A stretch of 63,589 nucleotides of DNA, counting the filler, from Octopus bimaculoides (Eukaryota), in the NCBI RefSeq assembly GCF_001194135.2. It is 7 parts of 6 records of this genome, joined end to end, with 100 filler letters (N's around TTAATTAATTAA, not from the genome) between each part and the next. Parts side by side here need not be neighbours in the genome. Positions count along the whole stretch, not along the records: positions 19,402 to 48,053 come from NC_068994.1; positions 48,154 to 52,505 come from NC_068982.1; 5 more parts are not named here. One strand, written 5' to 3'. Position 1 is the stretch's first letter, and the number at the start of each line of letters is the position of its first letter. Positions 37,290 through 50,429 of this stretch are shown here, piece after piece. The translations under genes were made by a program, and so were the position numbers. The notes beneath the pieces were generated by a model that searched no databases, was not told the origin of the DNA, and saw only the letters and a list, made by a program, of their open reading frames with translations.

Positions 37290-38005
37290 AATATTTTATA
37301 TTTGATTAAGGCAGCGAGCTGGCAGAAACGTTAGCACGCCGGGCGAAATGCTTAGCGGTATTTCGTCTGTCTTTATGTTCTGAGTTCAAATTCCGCTTTC
37401 GTGATTGGTTAAATAAGTACCAGTTATGCACTGTGGTCGATGTAATCAACTTAATCCCTTTGTTTGTCCCCTCTATGTTTACCCCCACCGTGTGGGCAAT
37501 AAAGAAATAAATATCTTATATTTGATAAGGCGGTGAGCTGGTAGAAACATTAGCACGTCGGACGAAATGCTTAGCGGTATTTCGTCTGTCTTTATGTTCT
37601 GAGTTCAAATTCCGCCCAGGTCGACTTTGTCTTTCATCCTTTCAGGGTCAATAAATTAAGTACCAGTTGCGTATTGGGGTCGATCTAATCGACTGGCCCC
37701 CTCCCCTAAAATTTCGGGCCTTGTGCCTAGATTAGAAAAGAATATTTTATATTTGATAAGGGCGATGAGCTGGTAGAATCGTTAGTACGCCGGGCGAAAT
37801 GCTTAGCGGTATTTCGTCTACCGTTACGTTTTGAGTTCAAATTCCACCGAGGTCGACTTTACCTTTCATCCTTTCGGGGTTGATTAAATAAGTACTAGTT
37901 ACGCACTGGGGTCGATGTAACCGACTTAATCCCTTTGTTTGTCCTTGTTTGTCCCCTCTATGTTTAGCCCCCCCACCTGTGGGCAATAAATATTTTATAT
38001 TTGAT
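37290..38005 (+). mobile_element. Stack of three SINE A copies separated by four copies of one 17-bp site
   Basis: AATAT(T/C)TTATATTTGAT at 37290, 37510, 37741 and 37989 with a SINE A between each pair. Confidence 0.9.
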
Positions 38006-38049
38006 GAGTTTATACTGATATCTTTTGTCCGTTTCCCCCCACACTCTCA

Positions 38050-39150
38050 CACAGTGTAGGATTTGAAATAAGAAATAAAAGGAACGTGGCAGAGATGCAT
38101 TGCCTTAGGCAGACACTGTAAGATCCACCGACAATAAAGATATCGCAAGCTCTTCACCTGTTGATGACTAAAGGTATTGCAATATTGGAAATCCTTCCGT
38201 ATCTTCAACAGGTGTCTCAGGGTCACAAGCGATTCGCTCCTTGACCTGTATGCTTCGCTTGAGTGGAGCAACGAGGACTGAATTAGCATTCGCCAGCAGA
38301 AGGGTTCTATCTCCGGTTTCATGTCAACCACAACGACCTTGAACTGAATTTAGCTGTCACGGCTATTTCCTTGGTTGTATTCTTCAGTTGATTGGGTTCC
38401 AACATAAATGCATCATACTGTGAAGTAATCATATGTTTAACCGATTCTGTAATCCATTTTCATGATGATAGCAAAGATTTGTAACATAGGAATATGGCTA
38501 CAAATTTAGTGGGCTCAGAGAACAGACGGTTGGATCAACACCATTACATGGCAGAAATCTGAGGATTTTTTTTTTTTTCAGACTGTTTCCCTCAATTTGG
38601 TTGTATCGTTGAACCTTAAAATGACAACACTGTTGACCTTCACAATCATGTTGTTCTAGGTTCGATCCCATCCTGGTGTGCATCGAGCAAGTGCCTTTTG
38701 CTGAAATCTTGCATCGTCAAAAACGTTTCAGTCACGCTAACTTCTGGTACGAGACACGAAATTCCATTTAAAAAATTATAACAGAGATTGTGTTGTTGAG
38801 CGAAAGATAGTGCCCTCGTATTCTCCAGGAATCGTTGGCGTGTCGAGTTTACTAATCATCTTCGGAGCTGCAATCGGTAATGTGATTAGCAATGCAGTGA
38901 GGATAGCAGGCTCTGGGACCTGGTGGGCTTTTCCCCCTCTTTTTCAAGCTGCTCAGAGCAGAAGACCTTTAAGTGATTTTTGCTGTCACAAGTGTTACAA
39001 TTGAACTTGTAATCATGTACTATCAGTGTTATTCCTCTTGATTCAGTGCCCACAACGAGGCATCGCTCCAAAGTGGCTTTATGGTCCTGATGAATGATGA
39101 CGACAACCGCTCGTATAATATCTTGCTACTTGTGTTCTTATTACTCACCC
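38050..39150 (-). pseudogene. Possible very old Gypsy integrase remnant
   Basis: HQDHKATLER...VHDYKFNCNTCDSK resembles the HHCC zinc-binding region; ETGDRTLLL resembles the integrase C-terminus; heavily decayed. Confidence 0.35.
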
Positions 39151-40897
39151 ATATTGTTTTACAAAGTGACAATGAATTTAACGTCACTTTCTATGATCCT
39201 GGCTATCACTCCTGTATTATGCTGTCCTATATACTGGGGAACAAACTTCTTAGCGTATGTGTCACGCATAATTTCTGCCCATATCCAAGCCCCATTCTCG
39301 GTTTTGAAAGTTAGGCTGGCAGTATCGTAGGCTTTGCTCTTTTCTCTATACGAAGTGGTAGCCTAGATGCCAGCTAGGGTTTCCTTTTGCTGGTTCTAAG
39401 AGAGCAACGAGAAAACCCTCCTTTTCTCTCGTAAGACACATAGACATATTCATGGTTCGGGATATGTTTATCAATTTCTTTGTAAAAAGTCTCACATGAC
39501 TATTTTTTGATTATTTTTAGAAATAACGATTTCCTTGGCGAAGACAAAATGCCAGTACCATCCTGAGGAATATGTATCTAATGGGTTCATTGCATTTCCG
39601 CAAACCCCATTTCAATGTGAATGATGGACATAGTTACATTTCCTAATAGAAGGATGAAGACAAGCAAGCTGAAAGCACAATTAGATGGCTCAAAACTACA
39701 GAATAAAGATGAACTCATTAAATTCTTCAAAATGCTTTAAGACAATTTCGAGAAAAGACCAACACTGTAATAAGACTGAAATTAACCAAACGTCCTAAAA
39801 ATTAGAAAGGCGTCTTGTAATTAATATTTCAGAAATTAGTAAGGTAATCACTGGAACTGGAAATGTTTATAGCCTTGATGAGTCGTTTATCTGGCATTTC
39901 GTGTCCATAATATTATGTGAAGTTAAAAAAAAAACATACGAGTGATGAAGAAAGAAAGAAAGTCTGTTCCCTTAAGTAGCTCCACATTTGCCTGAAGAAT
40001 CGATAAAATAATACGAGCCGTTGATGAGGGATTGGTCGATTCACGTCAATACAAGAAATTCTCTTTACAGTTTGATGAAAATATTTACAAGATAACGTCG
40101 TTCTTTTAATGGCTTCTTATGAGATGCTGAAACGGAAACGAACAGATTGAAGAGATATAGATTGCCAGAAAGATTAAAATGACTATTAATGGAATGACTA
40201 TTTTTTGAATAAGTCAAACGTTACTTAAGTTAGAGCAATATTCTTACGAAGGCGGCGAATTCGTAGTCGTTAGAGCAATGGGTAGAATGCTGCGTAGTTT
40301 TTTGTTCTAACTCTCTGCGCCCTGGGTTCAGATCCCGCCGGCGTCAGTTTTACCTTTCATCCATTCTGCTAGAACAGCGAACGAGATACCTTGTGGTATG
40401 CGTTCCGACAGTAGCACCGGACTCAAAAGCGCTGCAAGCATAAAGTAGCAGTGAAACCATTCTGAGCTCACAATCCACTGCAGGGCATTTTTGAATAATG
40501 TCGTCCAAAATAAATATACACTCTATCTGAAATAAAGAAAGAAAGAATAAAGAAACTGAACAACCACTCTGTCCCGTGTGACATTTCAGATAAATATAAA
40601 AAATACACGTTGAGTTGATTTCCAACAATGGCTGGTCAGACAAACGGTAATAATGGTTACGTGTTGTTATTTGTTGTTGCTGTTATCACCGTCGTCCTCG
40701 TCGTCGTCGTCGTCGTCGTCATCGTCATCGTCATCGCTACTGCTATTGAGCACGGGGTCAGCCATGATTGAACAGATCTGTGTTCAAAGTTGTTCTTGTG
40801 TTCCGGTCGTGACTATCCCGTCTGTGTAAATATTCAGAAATATAATATCCAAACTGTGTCTGTTTTTTAAGATGGTAGAATGAAAATTTGAAAGAAA

Positions 40898-41015
<118 letters not shown>

Positions 41016-42400
41016 AAGAGAGATCTGGCTGCTATTTCTAGCTACATAGTGTCTTCCCTCGTTGGCTTGTGCATTAGTCATATTGTGGGACCATGCGTTT
41101 CGGCGATTTGAAATAGCTAGTGTTAGTTTGTATATCTGCTTTTCAAGATTTAGACACAACTTTACACACGCTTTGAGGAGGACACATTTAGCCATCGTAC
41201 TATGCCGCGCTATATGAGAAGCGGATGTACGCTAGTAGATCGGTATGGAGTCCGGATGGCCAAGTAGGAGAAGCCTGAGAGAATACGATGGGTTCCTACC
41301 CCACAAAAGAAAAAGAAAATTTCATAGTTCCTTTAAATTTCGAGAAGACTTCCCCGTCTCCAGAACACAGATGCAGTTTAGTTCCGCTAGTAAAATTTCT
41401 CTGGGAAAGTCATGACTTCTCATGATTGGGAAAGGAAATTCTTAATGATAGTCACGCCTGTCACGGAGTCTGAATTTGGATGTAATCAAGTTTGTTCTCT
41501 TCCCCCACCGCTTTTATTTAGATATAGAGCAAAACAGCCAAAGACATTATTCACTGAAATAGATATCAACCAGTAATCCGAAGACAACACAAGCAAAATC
41601 GCAAATGTGATGTGTTGTCTACTATCGGTGCTAGAGATTATTATTGATCTACAACTAGTATTATAGATTATAGGTATTGAGACACAAATTCCATCTCAAA
41701 TGTTTAAAGATGAAATATTTCTAGTCGTCATTGAAAACTATTTTACCAATCCCGTTCCAGTCTCGATAGAAAATTCAATGAAAGATTTTGGATTCTTTTG
41801 TCTATTTGATGTCATTGGCATTAGAATATATTGTAAAGAAACCTTCTAATCATATAACAGATTGCCACATAGATATTGGAAGAAGGTCTAAGAGAAGGAA
41901 CTCGTTACATAACGATCATTTGAGAAACAGCAACCTTGCTGCTTTCAGCAAGAATCTAGGGAACATCTTATTTACCGCCTGCTGAACGAACAACCATTTA
42001 AGAGTCTAGTCGTCCATTTTTTTTTTTTTTTTAATATAGAAGTCGTAAGTTGTCTTACTTTATTATTTGGTTACACATTTCAGTTATAGAAAGGTTATTT
42101 CGGAATATGTAAATAAATAAAATAAAACTCGAAGTTATAAAAATGGAACTAAGAAGCTCTATGAGACAAAGCAGATGAACATTGAACATGAACTTGTGAT
42201 GGAAATAAAATATTTCCAATATCAGAATCAAGTTGCTTTATGCCAAATGTCGGAAGCAAAAATAAAAATAATCTTACTTCGAGGTCAAGTTTGAGTTAAT
42301 CTTTTCTATTGTAAGGTTATGAAGTGAAAGAATTTCTACAAATACTTTACTTTTGTTTGTTATACGCACACGCATACGAACACAATGAATAGCGCGCGTA

Positions 42401-42435
<35 letters not shown>

Positions 42436-43057
42436 TTGTGAATGTCTTCTGGTGTACTTTTTGCTGACACAGACAATTGCTAGTTTCTTTGGACATCTAT
42501 TCTTATTTTTTAAAATTTAATAAGAGAGGTTCTCGGCGTCAGTGGGTAAAATAGTTTTGGTGACTCCCACCTTTAATTAACAAGAATGATAGACCAAAGG
42601 AAATTTCTTGTGTCCCTTTACACCTGTATGCAAGGACATTCTGCACCTTCTATCCCTCTTGTCATACCTCTGTTTTAAATGTTAGGTTGTTAGGTCTCAC
42701 CCCCTACCCATTCCACACACACAAAAAAAGAGTAAGTAACGAGATGGTGCGATTAATTTTTGGACTAGAACTTGAAATCTGTAGAATTTTCCAGTAGTTT
42801 AGTCAATGTTAAGAATGTCACAACGATATTAGGAAATCATTATGTTTATAGGCATAAACTTATAGTCAACTTATTCTGCATGTGAAGCATTAACAGTCGA
42901 GCTTTAATGAAACATACGTCTCTGACAGCATCAGAATGACAGAGGTGAAACTGAAAACATTCCACATCTCTAATTTGACGATCGATCAACAGGGCTACCT
43001 CCTGACTCTTTCACGCATTCCATTGTATTGTAGTTTGCCACGATATCTAGTTCATAA

Positions 43058-43269
43058 GGGTGGAGGCGCAATGGCCCAGTGGTTAGGGCAGCGAACTCGC
43101 GGTCATAGGATCGCGGTTTCGATTCCCAGACCGGGCGTTGTGAGTGTTTATTGAGCGAAAACACCTAAAAGCTCCACGAGGCTCCGGCAGGGGATGGTGG
43201 CGAACCCTGCTGTACTCTTCCACCACAACTTTCTCTCACTCTTACTTCCTGTTTCTGTTGTACCTGTAA
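43058..43269 (+). mobile_element. Young SINE family B, 5' half up to a 10-N gap
   Basis: GGAGGCGCAATGGCCCAGTGGTTAGGGCAGCG head; nearly identical to 33897-34280. Confidence 0.9.
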
Positions 43270-43549
43270 NNNNNNNNNNCGATCAACAGGGCTACCTCCT
43301 GACTCTTTCACGCATTCCATTGTATTGTAGTTTGCCACGATATCTAGTTCATAAGGAAGTGAGTTTATTGATGATGTATTTATTAAAAGCAACAACAAGG
43401 AATGTATTACACCGCATCTTTTCCGTTTCGCTCACCAGATCCGATTCTTTTAAAAATAATTCTATCCGGATGCTCAGGCATGACTAGACACAGACGTGAC
43501 TGTGTATAGGCGGAACCACGGTTTTGTTCAGAAGGCGTGACTCTGTGTG

Positions 43550-43680
43550 GGCGCAGGCGTGGCTGTTTGGTTAAGAAGCTAGCTTTGCAGCCACGTGGTT
43601 TCAGATTCCGTCCCACAGCACGGCACTTTGGGTAAATGTCTTCTAGAATAGCCCTGGGCCGACCAATGCTTTATGAATGT
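43550..43680 (+). mobile_element. SINE family C, 5' part
   Basis: GCGCAGGCGTGGCTGTTTGGTTAAG head with CORE-like GGCACTTTGGGTAAATGTCTTC. Confidence 0.75.
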
Positions 43681-43920
43681 TTGTATGTGTGATTATTATG
43701 TACCCTATTACGTACCTTATTTTATACCTCATTTATATATAAAATATTACAATTAGCCGCCATTATTGACGGCACGTGATCAGCTAGTTAAAAATAAAGA
43801 TGTTACGAGCCTAAAACATTTTTGGAATTTCAGCCAATCAGATGCGGCTGTGTCCAGAAAGATCCGGCATAACCTGTCCCACGAATAGGGTAATCACTCG
43901 CGATATCGCAGTTGACCAAT

Positions 43921-44098
43921 CGAGATTCACCTATCGCGGAGATTCACCTATCGCGGTCTATTATTTAAACCAACGTCGATTTCTCCGTGGTGTTGTTTTG
44001 CATTTATAATAAAATAAATATATGCAAGTTATAAAAAGTGATTTAAAAAAAATACAGTACAGTACTGTTTCTACTTTGTGGATTTTCACTTATCGCCA
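43921..44098. mobile_element. Possible pogo/Tigger-derived MITE remnant
   Basis: Subterminal GATTCACCTATCGCGG (duplicated) and GGATTTTCACTTATCGC motifs. Confidence 0.4.
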
Positions 44099-44548
44099 AT
44101 AGAGTAAATAGCAGACTTTAAAATAAATAATGAATTTTGGGGTCTGTCTGTTTGTTCGTCTAAAACCCCCAAAAGACGGTGCCCCAGCATGGCCATATTC
44201 TAATAACTGAGATGAATGAAAAAGATAGAATAACCAGACGCCACGGTCAGTAATGTTTTCTCGTAGTCCCGTTCACCCATAACTAACCCACGTACGAATT
44301 TATTTAAACTACTTATTATATGTCTACGGTAACACGCAATGAAACTTGCTTTTGATTGGTTCGTGACAATGCCACTTGTTGTGTTCCCATTGGTTCATTT
44401 TGTTTTGGTACTGTCAACCTTTTACGTCTTCGTGCGCCAACTTAATTCAAGCTTTTCGTTTGTTCAATTATGTCAAAATACCACTGACAGCTTAAGTGTA
44501 CGTCTATTCTTTTGACGCAGAAGGCTAGTTTCAAATGCAATTGTTATG

Positions 44549-44616
<68 letters not shown>

Positions 44617-44815
44617 TTAATAATAATAATAATAATAATTTGCATTCAACTAGAAAAAGCTAAGTCTTTATAGAATAAAGAAGACGACTAATACACATTA
44701 TCAAAAATGTGTGAACTACATTAATGACTTGACGAAATGAAGATTTGTAAATAGTTACTGCTGTTGCAGTCGTTGTTGTTTATGCCAGGTCAATTTCTCG
44801 AATAACATCCGAGGA

Positions 44816-44932
44816 AGGCATCCCGGCAAGACGTCCCAGCAAGACGTCCCAGCAAGGCGTCCCAGCATGGTGTCCCAGCAAGACGTCTCAACAAGGCGTC
44901 CCAGCTAGGCGTCCCAGTGAGGTATCCCAGTA
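44816..44932. repeat. 13-bp minisatellite x9 inside a family D repeat
   Basis: AG(A/G)CGTCCCAGCA units, directly visible. Confidence 0.9.
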
Positions 44933-45984
44933 ATGACCACCACTCCGTCCTTTTCTCCAGCATTAAGCATCTAGGATTATATCTGATTATTTCAACCCAT
45001 TTTATACGAGACGAGCAGAATGTAATTTGAGGGTTAAACGTCTGTTATTTCTAGGAGATCAATCGACCAGCGTAGAAGTTTCTTCGCTGGCACGTTGCTG
45101 TTGCTGATCGAGTAGGCATGGTTCAAAAGCGTTGCTGTCGCGACAATCGCATTCTATTTGCTGAATCAATCAAAGATTACGCAATCGTACACCCACTTCC
45201 TTCGTCTGACCTGATCTGTTACATGACCTTGTGTAAATTCATAGTTGTCATTCAGGGTTTTTTTGTTTTTAATAAAAATAGACAAAGCTAAACAATTTAC
45301 GGATATCAGATTTCGGACATTACTTGTGAGATGACCCAATATGATTGTTTACTTGGTCAAGCAATTTGGGATTGGTTAAATTGATGTAGAAACCGTTGNN
45401 NNNNNNNNNNNNNNNNNNNNNNNNNNNNNNNNNNNNNNNNNNNNNNNNNNNNNNNNNNNNNNNNNNNNNNNNNNNNNNNNNNNNNNNNNNNNNNNNNNNN
45501 NNNNNNNNNNNNNNNNNNNNNNNNNNNNNNNNNNNNNNNNNNNNNNNNNNNNNNNNNNNNNNNNNNNNNNNNNNNNNNNNNNNNNNNNNNNNNNNNNNNN
45601 NNNNNNNNNNNNNNNNNNNNNNNNNNNNNNNNNNNNNNNNNNNNNNNNNNNNNNNNNNNNNNNNNNNNNNNNNNNNNNNNNNNNNNNNNNNNNNNNNNNN
45701 NNNNNNNNNNNNNNNNNNNNNNNNNNNNNNNNNNNNNNNNNNNNNNNNNNNNNNNNNNNNNNNNNNNNNNNNNNNNNNNNNNNNNNNNNNNNNNNNNNNN
45801 NNNNNNNNNNNNNNNNNNNNNNNNNNNNNNNNNNNNNNNNNNNNNNNNNNNNNNNNNNNNNNNNNNNNNNNNNNNNNNNGAACGTTCAGCTTTTGCCGAA
45901 CGACCTGCACAAATGATTGGTTTATAGTGATCGAATGTTCGAACCGCACATTAGCTCCCTCCCTCCATCAAATCGATTTTGTCT

Positions 45985-46135
45985 AAGCAGGTGCACTGTG
46001 TACCACGTGCCAGGTGTCTAAGTTGGTCGCAGAGCAACGTGAGATGAAGTGTTTTGCTCAAGAACACAACGCGTCGCCGGGAATTGAACTCACGATCATG
46101 AGCCGAATGCCCTAACCACTAAGCCACGCGCCTTC
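45985..46135 (-). mobile_element. SINE family B, 5' part
   Basis: CCCTAACCACTAAGCCACGCGCCTTC is the reverse of the head; CORE-like TTTTGCTCAAGAACAC. Confidence 0.75.
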
Positions 46136-46876
46136 ACAATAATCATGAAAATACATGGCTCTATATAGCATAGATCACTTTGGGTAAATCTGAAAGCCTC
46201 GGTTGGGAAAAATTTTCTACTCCCTCCTTGGGCATTGAGCCTTGTTCCATCAGTTTACCACCTCTGTCCCAACGTTTACAAAATCATTCTTGATGGCCTA
46301 GTTCTTAAAACAAATGAAGCGGAAACTACCGTTTCGATAATCTTTTTCAGCAAACCAAAAGAATTTTACACAAATGGTATAAAGAAATCGTCGGAAGACG
46401 GTCATTCATAATGAAAGGGATTATGCTAATGAGTGAATTTTAGAATTTTAATAGAAAATGAAATTTAAAAGTTTCTTCTGACTCAATATTTGGACATTAC
46501 TAACGTGATGATCTCATACATACATACATACATACATACATACACACACAAATATACATATATATNNNNNNNNNNNNNNNNNNNNNNNNNNNNNNNNNNN
46601 NNNNNNNNNNNNNNNNNNNNNNNNNNNNNNNNNNNNNNNNNNNNNNNNNNNNNNNNNNNNNNNNNNNNNNNNNNNNNNNNNNNNNNNNNNNNNNNNNNNN
46701 NNNNNNNNNNNNNNNNNNNNNNNNNNNNNNNNNNNNNNNNNNNNNNNNNNNNNNNNNNNNNNNNNNNNNNNNNNNNNNNNNNNNNNNNNNNNNNNNNNNN
46801 NNNNNNNNNNNNNNNNNNNNNNNNNNNNNNNNNNNNNATAAATGTGTGTATATGTACATACTTATACACACATACT

Positions 46877-46918
<42 letters not shown>

Positions 46919-47029
46919 CATACATACATACATAGATATATATACATACATACATACATACACATAAGCATATGTATGTGTGCATGTGTATGTGAGTGAG
47001 TAAATGTAAGTGTATGTATGTATGTATGT

Positions 47030-47118
47030 ACGTATGTCATTATTCAATTTATTTCAAGATTTCTCGCCAATAGAGAAAGAACTGGTTTCTAACCTAGATC
47101 CAAGGTTCCTTCATTGGA
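47030..47118 (-). mobile_element. R4/Dong-like LINE 3' UTR with (TACA)n tail
   Basis: Same 3' UTR as 10690-10800; TATG repeats at left, (TA)n at right. Confidence 0.75.
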
Positions 47119-49812
47119 GCATATATATATATATATATATATATACCTGTAAAATAATATGTGACAATGATTCGGTTGTCATAATAAAACTCCGAGTTTC
47201 GGATGTTGGGGCGGAAATCTGCTCCGGCATCTCGTCATTTATTATGACAATCAAAAAACGCTATGAAAATGACCGTGATTTTCTGAGATATTCTTCCAGA
47301 AATAACATCTTTTATGAACGTGCTGTATTTAAAGACCCAATATATATATCGGAGGGGACGAACATCGGGCGGTTATTCAGAATACTAGTGAATGTTTTCC
47401 ACTATTTTCCTATATGTATGGTGTTTCACCTTAGGCGAATCCCATACCAATAAAAGTTGAATTATCCTAGCGTATATTAGTTATAACTTTTATATCATTC
47501 TCATCTGTTGGATTGTAAATTCTATAAAACTCTAATGCCTTGCTTAATAACTTTTCAGAAATGGAAGGATAAAAATGTACAGCACCAAATTGGGTACATC
47601 TGGTGTTGCTTTTATTAGCTATTTTTCCAAACCAAGATATAACTGCATTAGTATAACTCCACTGGGTGAGGTTGGTAGCTAACCTGGTATTGTTATTAAT
47701 CTTCCTGAGGATTTTCTTGCTAACTAATCCGATCTCAGATTTAGCCGAGTTTATCAGCCTATTTTTAGGGTTAGAAGTAAAGTTATTTTCATGGTCCTTG
47801 GCGGTGTTAAATGCATTACGTTTTGTAAGAATCTCTTGTTTTTCATCGAGATTTATTCCTGCTACGACGTTTTATGCTTCCCTAATTACACACGCGCGCG
47901 CGCATACCGCGCATACACGCACGCACGCACGCACACACACATATACATACATACGAATGTATATATACATGAATATATATATGTGTATGTATATATGTGT
48001 ATGTATGTACGTATGTATGTATGTATGTATGTATATATATATATATATATATANNNNNNNNNNNNNNNNNNNNNNNNNNNNNNNNNNNNNNNNNNNNTTA
48101 ATTAATTAANNNNNNNNNNNNNNNNNNNNNNNNNNNNNNNNNNNNNNNNNNNNGGAGGAAGTAGAAGAATAGGTGAGCAACGAGAGGAAAAGTGAAAGAG
48201 AGGAAGTACGAGGGGGGGGAGATACGTAGAAGTAACAGAGGAAGAACGAGAGGGGTAAAGCGAGATACGTAGTAGTAAAGAGGAACAGCGAGAGGGGGAA
48301 AATGATAGAGGAAGAGAAAGAGATAGAGTAGCGTCGGAAAATATAAGTTTACGAAAAACTACTTACGAATTGGAGACGCTGCGTTCAGTCATGTAAAAAC
48401 AAATAGTAAATGAGTATATACATATATACGTACAGGTATGTGCGTACCGACATCCTCCTGTATGTATAGGTGCATATCTGGGTACAGGACATTGCAAACA
48501 AAACGTAGACTGTGTTATATATATATAACACATGGAACCCTGTATCTCTTTTTCTACTCTCTCTTCCTCCTCCTCCTCCCCTCACTCTCCTCTCTCCCTC
48601 TCTCTGCATATCTCTCTCTGTAGATATACATACATACGCATGCATACATTCATATGTGCCTACATTCACCTCTCTATACTAATGACACGCGGCTTAAATT
48701 AACAGATATATAATTCCACACACCTGTATTGGCATGTATTTGCTTTATTCCAGTCTAAGTGTTGTCGATAGAAGTATTTTTTGTTTATACTCTGTTGTCT
48801 GCTTCTGTATTACACTTAGCGGATTGGGATGGTTGACCTTTCTGGGTATCTATGTGTGATAAGAGAGATTGGTAAATTTATGGTAGACATTAGTAATTCA
48901 GTCTAAAGAACAATCCAAAACTTTTATAATTTAAAATATATATTATATATTATATATACATACAACATGTGTGTATGTGTGTGCGCTCGCGCGTGTGCAT
49001 ATACATATAAAATAATACATATAACGATAAATATATGCCTATTAATATATAAATATATATGTTTGTATATGTATGTATTTGTGTATACCTGTTGCTTGTA
49101 TGTGTGTATGAAAAGAAAGAACAGAGAGATTGAAACAGAGAGAGAAAGGAAGAGTAAAAGAAAGAATATTGATGATTTCTAAACAACCATTATCGAGAAC
49201 AAGTGAGTCGTAGAGCTTGACAGAGCAGGTGCTTTTCAAATGGCAACACATTAAATATTAAAAGTAACTACAACATAAAATGTTTAATACCAGATTCTGA
49301 CCTTCCACATTGGCTGGAGCGAGATTTAAGCTGCACTGTGGAACTGATAAAGCAAGCATTATATTCAGTTTTTACATTCAGTCATCAATCGAATCCCACC
49401 TCAGGCGAGACTATGAAAGCTGACAGGTGTTTAGTCAAATACAACTCCTATATAGCAAGCACGTTGGAGACTAAAATGTTCGAGTTATTTAATACATTCT
49501 CTTCGCCGTTGACTTATTGTAATAGTTGTCTTAGTTACTATTCACATCTAAAATCTAACTTTGTCTAGCGTCGTTTTGTTTTGTCTGTATTTCTTTTTCT
49601 AAACTTTCCTTGAAAGTTAGCATTTTAAGAAAAGAAAATGCTAATTATCGCTTGGAAACAGACAACCAATAAATAAAAATTAATTGATTTTTATTATTTT
49701 TTCTTTCAAATAACAGAAAATATTAGGTATAACAGATGAATCGATTCAAAGACTTACGTTACTGCATCTAGAAGTCGGAGTGAAGGCGAATAGATCAATA
49801 GAATATATTTAT

Positions 49813-49858
<46 letters not shown>

Positions 49859-50044
49859 NNNNNNNNNNGTATATTCCGCTTTCACTCTTTCACTTCGACT
49901 TCTAGAGGATAAATTTGATAAGTGCCAACACACGAAACTCTTGGCTTTTGCGTCACTATGTTACTTCGACCAAATATTGATCGTGCGCGCGTGTGTGTGT
50001 TTGCATCTATGTATACCACACATTATCATATAGAAAATAATAGA

Positions 50045-50245
50045 GCGGTGAGATGGCAGAATCGTTAGTACGCTAGACGCAATGCTTAGCGGTCGCTATG
50101 TTCTGAGTTCAAATTCCGCCACGGGTGACATAGCCTTTTATCATTTCGGAGTCAATGAATTAAGTACCAGTGAAACACTGTGGTCGATGTAATCGATTTG
50201 TCATCTCCCACCAAATTTCAGACATTGTGCCTTTATTAGAAAGTG
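50045..50245 (+). mobile_element. SINE family A
   Basis: GCGGTGAGATGGCAGAATCGTTAG head and GAGTTCAAATTCC B box. Confidence 0.8.
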
Positions 50246-50429
50246 TTATACATATGTAAATATATATAATACGTATATGTCTATAAAGATATGTATATAT
50301 ATATGTGTGTGTGTCTTTATACATACGTATGTTCTCTCTCTGTCTCACACACACATTTAGAGTAGATTTTGACTGGTCACATAATCGGTAGCAAGGTTGT
50401 GAAGGAAAGCATCTTTCTTTTAACCATGA

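Noticed and set aside
37290-38005. CRISPR-like repeat-spacer appearance
   Set aside because: The spacers are homologous ~220-bp SINEs and the repeats are AT-rich TSDs; eukaryotic context with no cas genes
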